From Hydrurus foetidus (lineage: Eukaryota): a stretch of DNA of 64,000 nt. Below, one piece after another: positions 1 to 10,650 of this stretch. The translations under genes and the position numbers were made by a program. The stretch covers positions 2,790,001-2,854,000 of the forward strand of contig UYFQ01000001.1 of the NCBI GenBank assembly GCA_900617105.1. Direction: 5' to 3'. Below the pieces are notes generated by a model. It had not been told where the DNA came from. It ran no database searches and worked only from the letters and a program-made list of their open reading frames with translations. Within the stretch, counting starts at the first letter, position 1. Each line of letters begins with the position of its first letter.

Positions 1-183
<183 letters not shown>

Positions 184-223
184 TCAAACGCCTTTTCAGC
201 TATTCAACTAAAAAGGTGCTGCT

Positions 224-694
224 GTGAGTATTAACTCGACATTTTTTGCGCAGCTCATCGTGTTTGCAATTTTGGTGCTGTTCACGATGAAATTCGTGTG
301 GCCGCCCATTGCAGCCGCGTTGGACGAACGCGCTACCAAAATTGCTGCGGGCCTTGCTGCTGCTGACAAAGCCAAATCTGAACTTTTGGGCGCCAACAAG
401 CGCGTTGAAGAAGAGTTGGCCAAGTCAAAGGGCGAATCCGCTGTGCGTTTGGCTGATGCCGAGCGCCGCGCACAAGTGATGATTGAAGAAGCCAAAGCCA
501 GAGCAACTGAAGAGGGCAGCAAGATCATTGCCGCCGCCAAGGTTGAAGCAGAGCAGCAAACCGTCAAAGCCCGCGAGACTTTGCGCGAGCAAGTTGCCGC
601 GCTGGCCGTTAAAGGTGCTGAGCAAATCTTGCGCAAAGAAGTTAACGCTTCTGTGCACGCAGACTTGCTGGGCCGCCTGAAGACTGAGCTGTGA
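224..694 (+). CDS. atpF: ATP synthase F0 subunit b
   Basis: N-terminal TM helix (FVWPPI) followed by a charged coiled coil; operon position. Confidence 0.97.
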   Translation: MSINSTFFAQLIVFAILVLFTMKFVWPPIAAALDERATKIAAGLAAADKAKSELLGANKRVEEELAKSKGESAVRLADAERRAQVMIEEAKARATEEGSKIIAAAKVEAEQQTVKARETLREQVAALAVKGAEQILRKEVNASVHADLLGRLKTEL

Positions 695-728
695 TTAGAC
701 CTTTGACTGCAGAAAAAAGAGCATCACC

Positions 729-1268
729 ATGGCAGAACTAGCCACCATTGCCCGCCCTTACGCTGAAGCGTTGTTCAAAGCTGCTGGCAGCGATCTTGCC
801 GCCACTGCGGCATGGCTGGACGGGCTTGCCAGCATTTCGTCAAATGTGCAGCTGCAACAGTACGCCGGTAACCCCAGCGTAACTTCGGCACAAACTTTTG
901 ATGTGATGGCAGGCGTTGCAGAGTCGCAAAAGGTCAAGCTGCCTGAGCCAGCCAAGAACTTTTTGCGCACTGTAATTGACAACGGTCGGGTAAGTGTTTT
1001 GCCTGAAATTGCCAGCCAGTTTCGTGCACTTAAAAACGCACAAAGCGGCTCGTCAGATGCTACGGTGTACAGCGCCTTTGCGCTGGACGCTGCGGCTCTG
1101 GTCAGCTTGCAGGCAACCTTAGAAAAGCGCTTTGGCAAAAAGCTTAACTTGACAGTTGAGCTGCAGCCAGAACTGATAGGCGGCGTGCGCGTCGTGGTGG
1201 GCGACGAGGTGCTGGACACCTCGGTAAAAGCCCGTTTAGAGCAAATGAAAGCGGCGCTGATTTCTTGA
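729..1268 (+). CDS. atpH: ATP synthase F1 subunit delta
   Basis: [17 protein letters not shown]-terminus; [20 protein letters not shown]-terminus. Confidence 0.97.
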   Translation: MAELATIARPYAEALFKAAGSDLAATAAWLDGLASISSNVQLQQYAGNPSVTSAQTFDVMAGVAESQKVKLPEPAKNFLRTVIDNGRVSVLPEIASQFRALKNAQSGSSDATVYSAFALDAAALVSLQATLEKRFGKKLNLTVELQPELIGGVRVVVGDEVLDTSVKARLEQMKAALIS

Positions 1269-1328
1269 TATTGCGCGCCGCGCCGTGTCCATTTTTTAGC
1301 CCACCAACAACGAAAGAAGGAAAGAGTC

Positions 1329-2882
1329 ATGCAACTCAATCCAGCAGAAATTTCTGAACTGATCAAAAGCCGTATCGAAGGCTTGACCACCGCCAGCGAC
1401 GTTCGCAACCAGGGCACCGTGGTGTCTGTGGCCGACGGTATCGTTCGTATTCACGGCCTGTCGGACGTGATGCAAGGCGAAATGCTGGAGTTCCCTGCTA
1501 CCGCCGATGGCACACCCACCTATGGCTTGGCACTGAATTTAGAGCGCGACTCCGTCGGCTCCGTGATTTTGGGCGAATACGAGCACATTGCCGAAGGCGA
1601 TACCGTCAAATGCACCGGCCGCATTCTTGAAGTGCCGGTTGGCCCTGAATTGCTTGGCCGCGTGGTCAATGCACTGGGTCAGCCGATTGACGGCAAGGGC
1701 CCCATCAACGCCAAAATGACCGACGTGATTGAAAAAGTCGCTCCGGGCGTGATTGCACGTAAATCAGTCGACCAGCCACTGCAAACCGGCCTGAAGTCCA
1801 TCGACTCCATGGTGCCAGTAGGCCGCGGCCAGCGCGAACTGATTATTGGTGACCGCCAGACCGGCAAAACCGCTGTTGCGATTGACGCGATCATTAACCA
1901 AAAAGGCACTGGCGTTTACTGCGTTTACGTCGCTATTGGTCAAAAGGCATCATCGATCAAAAACGTCGTTCGCTCGCTTGAACAAGCTGGCGCGATGGAA
2001 TACACCATCGTGGTGGCAGCTTCTGCATCTGAGTCGGCCGCCATGCAATATGTGAGCGCCTACTCTGGCTGCACGATGGGCGAGTACTTCCGCGATCGCG
2101 GTGAAGACGCTCTCATTGTGTATGACGATTTGTCAAAACAAGCCGTCGCTTACCGTCAGGTGTCGCTGTTGCTGCGCCGCCCACCAGGTCGTGAAGCTTA
2201 TCCTGGCGACGTGTTTTATCTGCATAGCCGCTTGCTTGAGCGTGCAGCACGCGTGAACGAAAAATACGTGGAAGACTTCACCGAAGGCGAAGTCAAAGGC
2301 CAAACCGGTTCACTGACCGCTCTGCCGATTATTGAAACACAAGCTGGTGACGTGTCTGCCTTCGTGCCTACCAATGTGATTTCGATCACTGACGGCCAAA
2401 TCTTTTTGGAAACCAGCTTGTTCAATGCGGGTATTCGCCCCGCTATTAACGCCGGTATTTCAGTGTCGCGCGTCGGTGGTGCAGCTCAGACCAAACTGAT
2501 CAAGAACCTGTCAGGCGGTATCCGTACCGACTTGGCTCAGTACCGTGAACTGGCTGCGTTTGCGCAGTTTGCTTCTGACCTTGACGAAGCTACACGCAAA
2601 CAGCTCGACCGCGGCGCGCGCGTTACTGAACTGCTCAAGCAGGCGCAGTACGCACCCCTGACAATTTCAAACATGGGCGCCACATTGTTCGCAGTGAACA
2701 AGGGCTTCATGGACGATGTGGAAGTCAAAAAAGTTCTGGCCTTTGAGTCTGGTCTACACGCCTATCTCAAAGACAAACATGCAGCACTCATGGCTAAGCT
2801 GGAAGCCGCCAAGGCGATGGACAAGGACGCAGAAGCTGAATTGACCACCGCAGTGACCGCGTTCAAGAAATCTTTTGCTTGA
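1329..2882 (+). CDS. atpA: ATP synthase F1 subunit alpha
   Basis: Walker [32 protein letters not shown]. Confidence 0.99.
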   Translation: MQLNPAEISELIKSRIEGLTTASDVRNQGTVVSVADGIVRIHGLSDVMQGEMLEFPATADGTPTYGLALNLERDSVGSVILGEYEHIAEGDTVKCTGRILEVPVGPELLGRVVNALGQPIDGKGPINAKMTDVIEKVAPGVIARKSVDQPLQTGLKSIDSMVPVGRGQRELIIGDRQTGKTAVAIDAIINQKGTGVYCVYVAIGQKASSIKNVVRSLEQAGAMEYTIVVAASASESAAMQYVSAYSGCTMGEYFRDRGEDALIVYDDLSKQAVAYRQVSLLLRRPPGREAYPGDVFYLHSRLLERAARVNEKYVEDFTEGEVKGQTGSLTALPIIETQAGDVSAFVPTNVISITDGQIFLETSLFNAGIRPAINAGISVSRVGGAAQTKLIKNLSGGIRTDLAQYRELAAFAQFASDLDEATRKQLDRGARVTELLKQAQYAPLTISNMGATLFAVNKGFMDDVEVKKVLAFESGLHAYLKDKHAALMAKLEAAKAMDKDAEAELTTAVTAFKKSFA

Positions 2883-2926
2883 TCAGATCTAAAACCAAAT
2901 CGTTCTAGAAACTATTAGGAACACAG

Positions 2927-3793
2927 ATGGCAGCAGGTAAAGAGATACGCGGCAAGATCAAGTCGGTGGAAAACACCAAAAAGATCACCAAAGCCATGGA
3001 AATGGTGGCCGCCTCCAAAATGCGCAAAGCGCAGGAACGGATGCGCGCCGCGCGGCCTTACAGCGACAAGATTCGCAACATCACGGCCAACCTGTCGCAG
3101 GCAAACCCCGAGTACACCCACGCGTTCATGGAGTCAAACGACGCCAAAGCTACTGGGTTTATTGTGGTGACCACAGACAAAGGCCTTTGCGGCGGCTTGA
3201 ACACCAACGTTTTGCGCGCCGTAACTGGCAAGCTCAAAGACCTGAAAGCAGCCGGGCAAGACGCTCATGCAGTGGCCATTGGCAACAAAGGTTTGGGATT
3301 TTTGAACCGCGTGGGTGTGAAAGTAGTGGCGCACGCCACGCAGCTGGGCGACAAACCGCACCTCGACAAGCTGATCGGCCCGGTCAAGGTATTGCTTGAT
3401 GCTTATTCAGAAGGCAAAGTAAAGATGGTGTACCTTTGCTACACCAAATTCATCAACACGATGCGCCAAGAGTCGGTGATTGAGCAATTGCTGCCCTTGA
3501 CGGCGGACCGTCTGCAAGCAGATAAAGACCAGCACGGCTGGGACTACATTTACGAGCCTGACGCGCAAACCGTGATTGACGATTTGCTGGTGCGCTATGT
3601 CGAGGCGCTGGTGTATCAGGCGGTGGCTGAAAATATGGCCTCCGAGCAATCGGCTCGCATGGTGGCCATGAAGTCGGCAACCGACAACGCTGGTAGCGTG
3701 ATCGGCGAGCTCAAGCTGATTTACAACAAGACACGGCAGGCAGCGATCACGAAAGAGCTTTCGGAAATTGTTGCAGGTGCCGCTGCGGTCTAA
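2927..3793 (+). CDS. atpG: ATP synthase F1 subunit gamma
   Basis: [20 protein letters not shown] and [16 protein letters not shown] motifs. Confidence 0.99.
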   Translation: MAAGKEIRGKIKSVENTKKITKAMEMVAASKMRKAQERMRAARPYSDKIRNITANLSQANPEYTHAFMESNDAKATGFIVVTTDKGLCGGLNTNVLRAVTGKLKDLKAAGQDAHAVAIGNKGLGFLNRVGVKVVAHATQLGDKPHLDKLIGPVKVLLDAYSEGKVKMVYLCYTKFINTMRQESVIEQLLPLTADRLQADKDQHGWDYIYEPDAQTVIDDLLVRYVEALVYQAVAENMASEQSARMVAMKSATDNAGSVIGELKLIYNKTRQAAITKELSEIVAGAAAV

Positions 3794-3834
3794 CGCAAAA
3801 GTCCAACACCGCTGACACGAATTTAAAGATTTAA

Positions 3835-5271
<1,437 letters not shown>

Positions 5272-5295
5272 CGTCATCGCGTCGAAAGCTAAGCC

Positions 5296-5712
5296 ATGTC
5301 AACCATCCGCGTCGATGTTGTCTCCGCTGAAGAATCCATCTTCTCCGGCGACGCCAAATTTGTAGCCTTGCCTGGTGAGGCCGGTGAATTGGGTATTTTT
5401 CCGCGTCACACGCCGCTGATCACGCGCATCAAGCCGGGCGCGGTTCGAATCGTGAAAGCAGACGATACAGAAGAGTTTGTATTCGTTGCCGGCGGCTTGC
5501 TGGAGGTGCAACCTCATTCAGTTACCGTACTGAGCGACACCGCCATTCGCGGAAAAGACCTTGATGAGGCCAAAGCCGTAGCCGCCAAGGCCGCAGCTGA
5601 AGAGGCTCTTAAAAACGCCAAGGGCGACATCGACATCGCCATGGCGCAGTCTGAGCTTGCAGTGATGGCGGCGCAAATTGCCGCACTGCGCAAATACCGC
5701 CAAAAGAAGTAG
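5296..5712 (+). CDS. atpC: ATP synthase F1 subunit epsilon
   Basis: [13 protein letters not shown] and [11 protein letters not shown] motifs; last gene of the atp operon. Confidence 0.98.
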   Translation: MSTIRVDVVSAEESIFSGDAKFVALPGEAGELGIFPRHTPLITRIKPGAVRIVKADDTEEFVFVAGGLLEVQPHSVTVLSDTAIRGKDLDEAKAVAAKAAAEEALKNAKGDIDIAMAQSELAVMAAQIAALRKYRQKK

Positions 5713-6088
5713 CAACCATAACGCAGTCACCCAGTTGCGCTTCTCAAATAAGCTGTTGATTAGGCGCGCGTACGGAACCAACTGCGTGGCTCAGCCAATG
5801 TACTTTGAATTTTGTAGCAGACGGTTTGCTCTTCCATCTTTTAAGGAGTACTGGCCAATTGGTGCACCTTGACTGTGCGGGATGCTGCACAAGGCGCTTT
5901 ACTTCGCGGTCATAAGTCACACACCATAGCATTCTCTTTTTTGATCTGTAAGTAGTTAGCACGTACACGTACAATTGAGTAAGTGTCGTACCGATATAAG
6001 TGCGGCACATATATGTGCGCAATTGCTGCACTGCGCAAACGTGCGGCTATCAGAGACCTACGAAGCTCGACAAACTAAGGTGCAAAAG

Positions 6089-7102
6089 ATGAGTGTGACC
6101 GTAAATATCTCTTTGCTAGGTTTTGCATCTTTTGAAAAATCGACTTTTGAGTCGTTTTTCAAACTAGCGAGCAGACGAGACACTGTCTACAAGATAGTTG
6201 AAGACACATCCCTAGCCAAGATTTTTTTGATCAATGGTGACAACGCTGCCGCTGCCAGCTGGGTGGTGTCGGGGGCAACAGGGTCGCAAAACGCTCTTTT
6301 TGTAGGCAAACCCGACGCATCGGGAAGATGGCTCTCCACCGCCCCGAAACCGATTCGGCTAACCACGATCTTGGGTTTACTCGATGTGATGCCATCGGCC
6401 AGTGACACTCCCACGACATTCACGCAAGAAACGCTCATAGTTGAAAAGCGCCCAAGCGATGCCGCGCGATCATTCGAAATGGCAAATCCTGTACCGCCTT
6501 CGCCGACCGCTCCACCCACAGCGCCTCTGCTAACTGCCAGACAAGCATCGGTCAAGCTGGGGCCTGGCTCCAGGTCCGGCTCTGCCCGCCAAACCAGTAG
6601 CGATTTCGGGGCGTCGAGCTTCATGGGCTTGGGCAAGCCTGTTGAAAAAAATACCGCAGCGCAACAATTTGATGAGATTTTGATCGTCGACGACAGCGAC
6701 GTTGCACTCAAATTCATGCAAAACCGAATCGCCCGTTACGGCTTCAGGGCACGGCTTGCTCGCAGCGGCGAAGAAGCGCTGACTCGCCTTGCAACTGAAA
6801 GCTACAAGTTCATTTTCATGGATGTAATGATGGAAGGGTTAGACGGATACCAGACTTGCCGCGCCATCAAGCAACGCAAGTACAGCTCAGGCAAAGCACC
6901 GATCGTTGTAATGCTGACGAGCCGCGGCGGCAGCATCGATAAAATTCGAGGTGGGCTGGCCGGCTGCGACGCCTACCTGACCAAACCATTAAACGAAGCC
7001 GAACTGCTCAAGGTGCTTAGCAAGTATGACGAACAGGTTGAACGCGGCTTCCAAAGTACAAAGGTCGGGGGCAGCGGCATGAGTTCAGTGCAATCGCACT
7101 AA
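6089..7102 (+). CDS. Response regulator, PilG/PatA-like (divergent N-terminal domain, Pro/Ser/Thr-rich linker, C-terminal REC)
   Basis: C-terminal receiver ILIVDDS...FMDVMMEGLDGYQTC...MLTS...YLTKP; ATG at 6089 preferred over the track's TTG at 5975. Confidence 0.8.
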   Translation: MSVTVNISLLGFASFEKSTFESFFKLASRRDTVYKIVEDTSLAKIFLINGDNAAAASWVVSGATGSQNALFVGKPDASGRWLSTAPKPIRLTTILGLLDVMPSASDTPTTFTQETLIVEKRPSDAARSFEMANPVPPSPTAPPTAPLLTARQASVKLGPGSRSGSARQTSSDFGASSFMGLGKPVEKNTAAQQFDEILIVDDSDVALKFMQNRIARYGFRARLARSGEEALTRLATESYKFIFMDVMMEGLDGYQTCRAIKQRKYSSGKAPIVVMLTSRGGSIDKIRGGLAGCDAYLTKPLNEAELLKVLSKYDEQVERGFQSTKVGGSGMSSVQSH

Positions 7103-7161
7103 GTTGCACAACCCCACCTCAATCTCTATCGACGCCTCACCCTTTTAAACCAGAAACTAAT

Positions 7162-7509
7162 ATGGCAAAAATTCTTATTGTCGACGACTCGCCCGTGGAT
7201 ATTCAAAACTTACAAAGCATCCTGACCGATGCTGGCCATGTGGTCACACTGGCCACATCTGGCGAAGACGGTGTAGCGAAGGCAAAAGCCAGCCCGCCCG
7301 ACGTGATCATGATGGACGTGAACATGCCTGGCCTGGATGGGTTTTCAGCAGCGCGCCAACTCACCCAGCACGCCACCACCAAGGGCATTCCTATTGTTTT
7401 TGTTACTGGCAAAGATCAGAAAGCAGACCGCGTTTTTGCTCAAATGCTGGGTGCCAAAGGCTTTGTGACCAAGCCCTACACCGCCAGTCAAATTCTGGCG
7501 CAAATCTGA
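7162..7509 (+). CDS. Single-domain response regulator, PilH/CheY-like
   Basis: MAKILIVDDS...MMDVNMPGLDGFSAAR...FVT...FVTKP. Confidence 0.9.
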   Translation: MAKILIVDDSPVDIQNLQSILTDAGHVVTLATSGEDGVAKAKASPPDVIMMDVNMPGLDGFSAARQLTQHATTKGIPIVFVTGKDQKADRVFAQMLGAKGFVTKPYTASQILAQI

Positions 7510-7526
7510 ACTTGACTGCATAAAAC

Positions 7527-8081
7527 ATGACTGGCCTAGTGGAATCACAACGCACCCCTGACAGCGTCAAGCCCGTCAGTTCAGATTCACACCTGCAAGA
7601 TTTGCAAAGTAGCCGCCCATTGCAGTTAGCACAAGGCGTGCTTTGCGGGGATCTGCGCCTAGCGTTCACTTTTGGGTGGGCTCGGCAGATTGTTGAAGAT
7701 TTTGAATTGGCTGGCTTACCAAGGGCGCCGGGTTGGGTGCTGGGCGCCGTCAACATCAACGGCTCAATTGTTCCTGTGGTGGATTTGGCCAACTACTTTG
7801 CGCAAAGCACGCAGCCAGCGCAGCCACAACGTGAGCATCGGCTGTTAGTAGGCGGCATACAGGCTGAAGACGCTGAGGCTGCATTGGCGGTGGTGTTCAC
7901 AAACACGCCCGTGCAGCTCGAGTACACGATGCAGAACCTCGGTGTGGATGGCGACACGCTGCTGCCGCGCTTGCTTGAGGTGTGCAGCGGCACGGCAAGC
8001 GACGACCAGGGAAATCAGTATTTTGAAATCAATAGCGAGCAACTCATGGACGCCTTGTCCGTCGAGCTTTCGCTGATCTAG
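7527..8081 (+). CDS. CheW-like coupling protein
   Basis: LPRAPGWVLGAVNINGSIVPVVDLA CheW signature; cluster context. Confidence 0.85.
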   Translation: MTGLVESQRTPDSVKPVSSDSHLQDLQSSRPLQLAQGVLCGDLRLAFTFGWARQIVEDFELAGLPRAPGWVLGAVNINGSIVPVVDLANYFAQSTQPAQPQREHRLLVGGIQAEDAEAALAVVFTNTPVQLEYTMQNLGVDGDTLLPRLLEVCSGTASDDQGNQYFEINSEQLMDALSVELSLI

Positions 8082-8105
8082 TTAGCATATTGCAACGGAG
8101 TTGAC

Positions 8106-10616
8106 ATGAATATTCGCCAAAAGATGTTGTTAGGCGCGGCCGCCCTGACCTTGATACCCGTTGCGCTGACTTCACTTTTGTTATGGCAGGGCGCCTCCGC
8201 CTTAAGCGCGGCAACGGTAGGCAGCCAGGTCCGAACGCAGTTAGTCTCGCTGCGGGACACCAAGCGGATTCAAGTACGTGATGAGCTCGAAGACCGAATC
8301 AAGTCGCTGCAGGTATTGGCCGCGCAGCGCTCAACGATTGACGCCTACAAGCAACTTAAAAGTAGCTTTTACACCGCTGACAAAGAGTTGGCCAAAATGA
8401 TTGATTCTGCCGCAGCTACCAAAAACATCACTGAATACGCAGGCCTGTTTTTTAGCAACGAGTACGCCAAGCGCAACCCCGGTGCGAGCCCACCACTGGC
8501 CAACGCCATTGCCGCATTGGAGCCCAATGCTCTGGCACTGCAGAACGTGTTTATTGTCGACAACCCCAATCCGGTTGGCCTGAAGGAGCAGCTCGACGCC
8601 CCACCCGTAGACTTTGCCTATGGCCGTGCGCACGCCCAGTTTCACCCCGGCTTTGAGCGTGCGCAGAAGTTATCAGGCTACTACGACATTTTTTTGATCG
8701 ACCCAGAATCTGACACCGTGATCTACACCGTGTTCAAGGAACTTGACTTCGGCACCAAATTAACCGGCAACACAATTGCGGCAAAGACCAAATTAGCTGA
8801 GGCCTACTTCAAAGTTAAAGCAGCCAAAAGTGAGGCCAGCTACCTCAGCGATTTCGCGCCCTACCTGGCGTCCTACGACGACCAGGCCGCGTTTGCCGCT
8901 GTTCCTATTTACGACGGCAGCAAGCAAATTGGCGTGTTGGCCATGCAGTACCCGATTGACAAACTCACTGAGATGATGACCGCGAACAAAGCCTGGAAAT
9001 CGGCTGGCCTGGGCGAGTCGGGTGACGTGTTTTTGGTTGGCAATGATTCGCTGATGCGCACCAACGCGCGCTACACCCAAGAAGACAAAGCCGCGTTTGT
9101 TGCGCAAATGGGTGACAAATTAGACGCCAAGGCAAGAAGCTTGATCGATAAGAAAAACACGTCCGTCGGCCTGGTCAAGGTCGACTCAGTAGCTACTCGA
9201 CTGGCGCTGGCAGGTAAAGAGGGCGTCGCAGACTTTTTAGACTACCGCGGCGTGCCAGTGATTGGCGCGTATGCGCCTGTTAGCGTGCAGGGTCTTAGCT
9301 GGACCATCGTTGCCAAAATTAACGAGGACGAGGCGAATCAACCGATTGCCGACTTGAACAATTCATCACTTCGCAGAGCGCTGGTGATTGCCCTGGTCGT
9401 GGCCTTGGTGGCAGGCCTCGCCGTGACGCTCTTCTTGCGAAGATTTTTGGCTCCTATCACCAAGTTATCCCACACGGTAAAGCTGGTAGCAGGTGGCGAG
9501 ATAGCAGCTCGCAGTCAATTGGTAGAAAAAGACGAAATCGGTGATTTGGGCCGCGCATTTGATAACTTGCTTGATGAACGTATCGCCGCACTAACTCAAG
9601 CAACCAAAGAAAACGAAGAAATCAACAACTCCGCGATTGGCCTGCTGCAAGGCGTGTTCCAGTTGTCCAACAAAGACCTCACCGCGCGAGCCCCGGTGAC
9701 CGAGGACATTATTGGCACAGTGGCTTCATCGGTGAATCAATTGGCTGACGAGATTGGCGCTACGCTGGCCGACGTAAAAACCGTTGCCGAGCAAGTGCGC
9801 ACTACCTCCAACGAACTGCAGCAACAATCGAATTCGGTTGAAACGGCGGCCAAGCAAGAGCGCCTCTCACTCGACTCCATGTCCGAAACACTGAGCCGTG
9901 CTACCCAGCAATTGAGCGACGTGGCCAACTTGTCAACCACTTCAAACACCACGGCACAAAAAACGGCCAAGGCGACTCAAGCTGCGCAAACCGCGGTAGA
10001 CGGCACGGTGCGCGGCATGGACGCACTTCGCGAATCCATTTCCGAGACTGAAAAGCGCTTCAAGCGCCTGGCCGAACGCTCGCAAGAAATTTCCAGCGCA
10101 GTGGCGCTGGTCAATACCATTTCAGAACGCACCCATGTGCTGTCGCTCAACGCCTCGATGCAAGCGGCTACCGCGGGTGAGGCTGGCCGCGGCTTTGCGG
10201 TGGTGGCGCAAGAGGTGCAGCGTTTGTCCGACAGCTCGCGCCAGGCAACCTCACAAATTTCGCAACTGGTGAGCAACATTCAAGCTGAAACCAATGAAAC
10301 CCTGCTGACCATGAACCGCCTGATCAGCGACGTGGTGGCGCAAACTGAACTGGCCCGACTGGCCGGCCGCGAAATGACATTGACACAAGTGTCCACCACA
10401 GAGCTGGTGGGCTTGGTGCAACAGATTGCTGCGTTCTCAACTGAGCAAGAAGCCTTGGCTGCGGCACTTCAGCAGAACGTTTTGGACATTAACGACAGCA
10501 CCACACAAACCAGCGCGGCCATTGCGCAGCAAGCGGCGGCAACTCGCACGCTGGTGGGGTATGCCGGCCAATTGAATGAAGCGGTTGCGCAGTTTACGCT
10601 GCCAGCTGCTGCTTAA
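8106..10616 (+). CDS. Methyl-accepting chemotaxis protein (PilJ-like) with large periplasmic Cache-like sensor and HAMP
   Basis: Two TM helices; HAMP (DEIGDLGRAFD); signalling tip LSLNASMQAATAGEAGRGFAVVAQEVQRL. Confidence 0.93.
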   Translation: MNIRQKMLLGAAALTLIPVALTSLLLWQGASALSAATVGSQVRTQLVSLRDTKRIQVRDELEDRIKSLQVLAAQRSTIDAYKQLKSSFYTADKELAKMIDSAAATKNITEYAGLFFSNEYAKRNPGASPPLANAIAALEPNALALQNVFIVDNPNPVGLKEQLDAPPVDFAYGRAHAQFHPGFERAQKLSGYYDIFLIDPESDTVIYTVFKELDFGTKLTGNTIAAKTKLAEAYFKVKAAKSEASYLSDFAPYLASYDDQAAFAAVPIYDGSKQIGVLAMQYPIDKLTEMMTANKAWKSAGLGESGDVFLVGNDSLMRTNARYTQEDKAAFVAQMGDKLDAKARSLIDKKNTSVGLVKVDSVATRLALAGKEGVADFLDYRGVPVIGAYAPVSVQGLSWTIVAKINEDEANQPIADLNNSSLRRALVIALVVALVAGLAVTLFLRRFLAPITKLSHTVKLVAGGEIAARSQLVEKDEIGDLGRAFDNLLDERIAALTQATKENEEINNSAIGLLQGVFQLSNKDLTARAPVTEDIIGTVASSVNQLADEIGATLADVKTVAEQVRTTSNELQQQSNSVETAAKQERLSLDSMSETLSRATQQLSDVANLSTTSNTTAQKTAKATQAAQTAVDGTVRGMDALRESISETEKRFKRLAERSQEISSAVALVNTISERTHVLSLNASMQAATAGEAGRGFAVVAQEVQRLSDSSRQATSQISQLVSNIQAETNETLLTMNRLISDVVAQTELARLAGREMTLTQVSTTELVGLVQQIAAFSTEQEALAAALQQNVLDINDSTTQTSAAIAQQAAATRTLVGYAGQLNEAVAQFTLPAAA

Positions 10617-10650
10617 GTCGCTTGATTTTTAGCTCTTCAGGAACCTCGCT

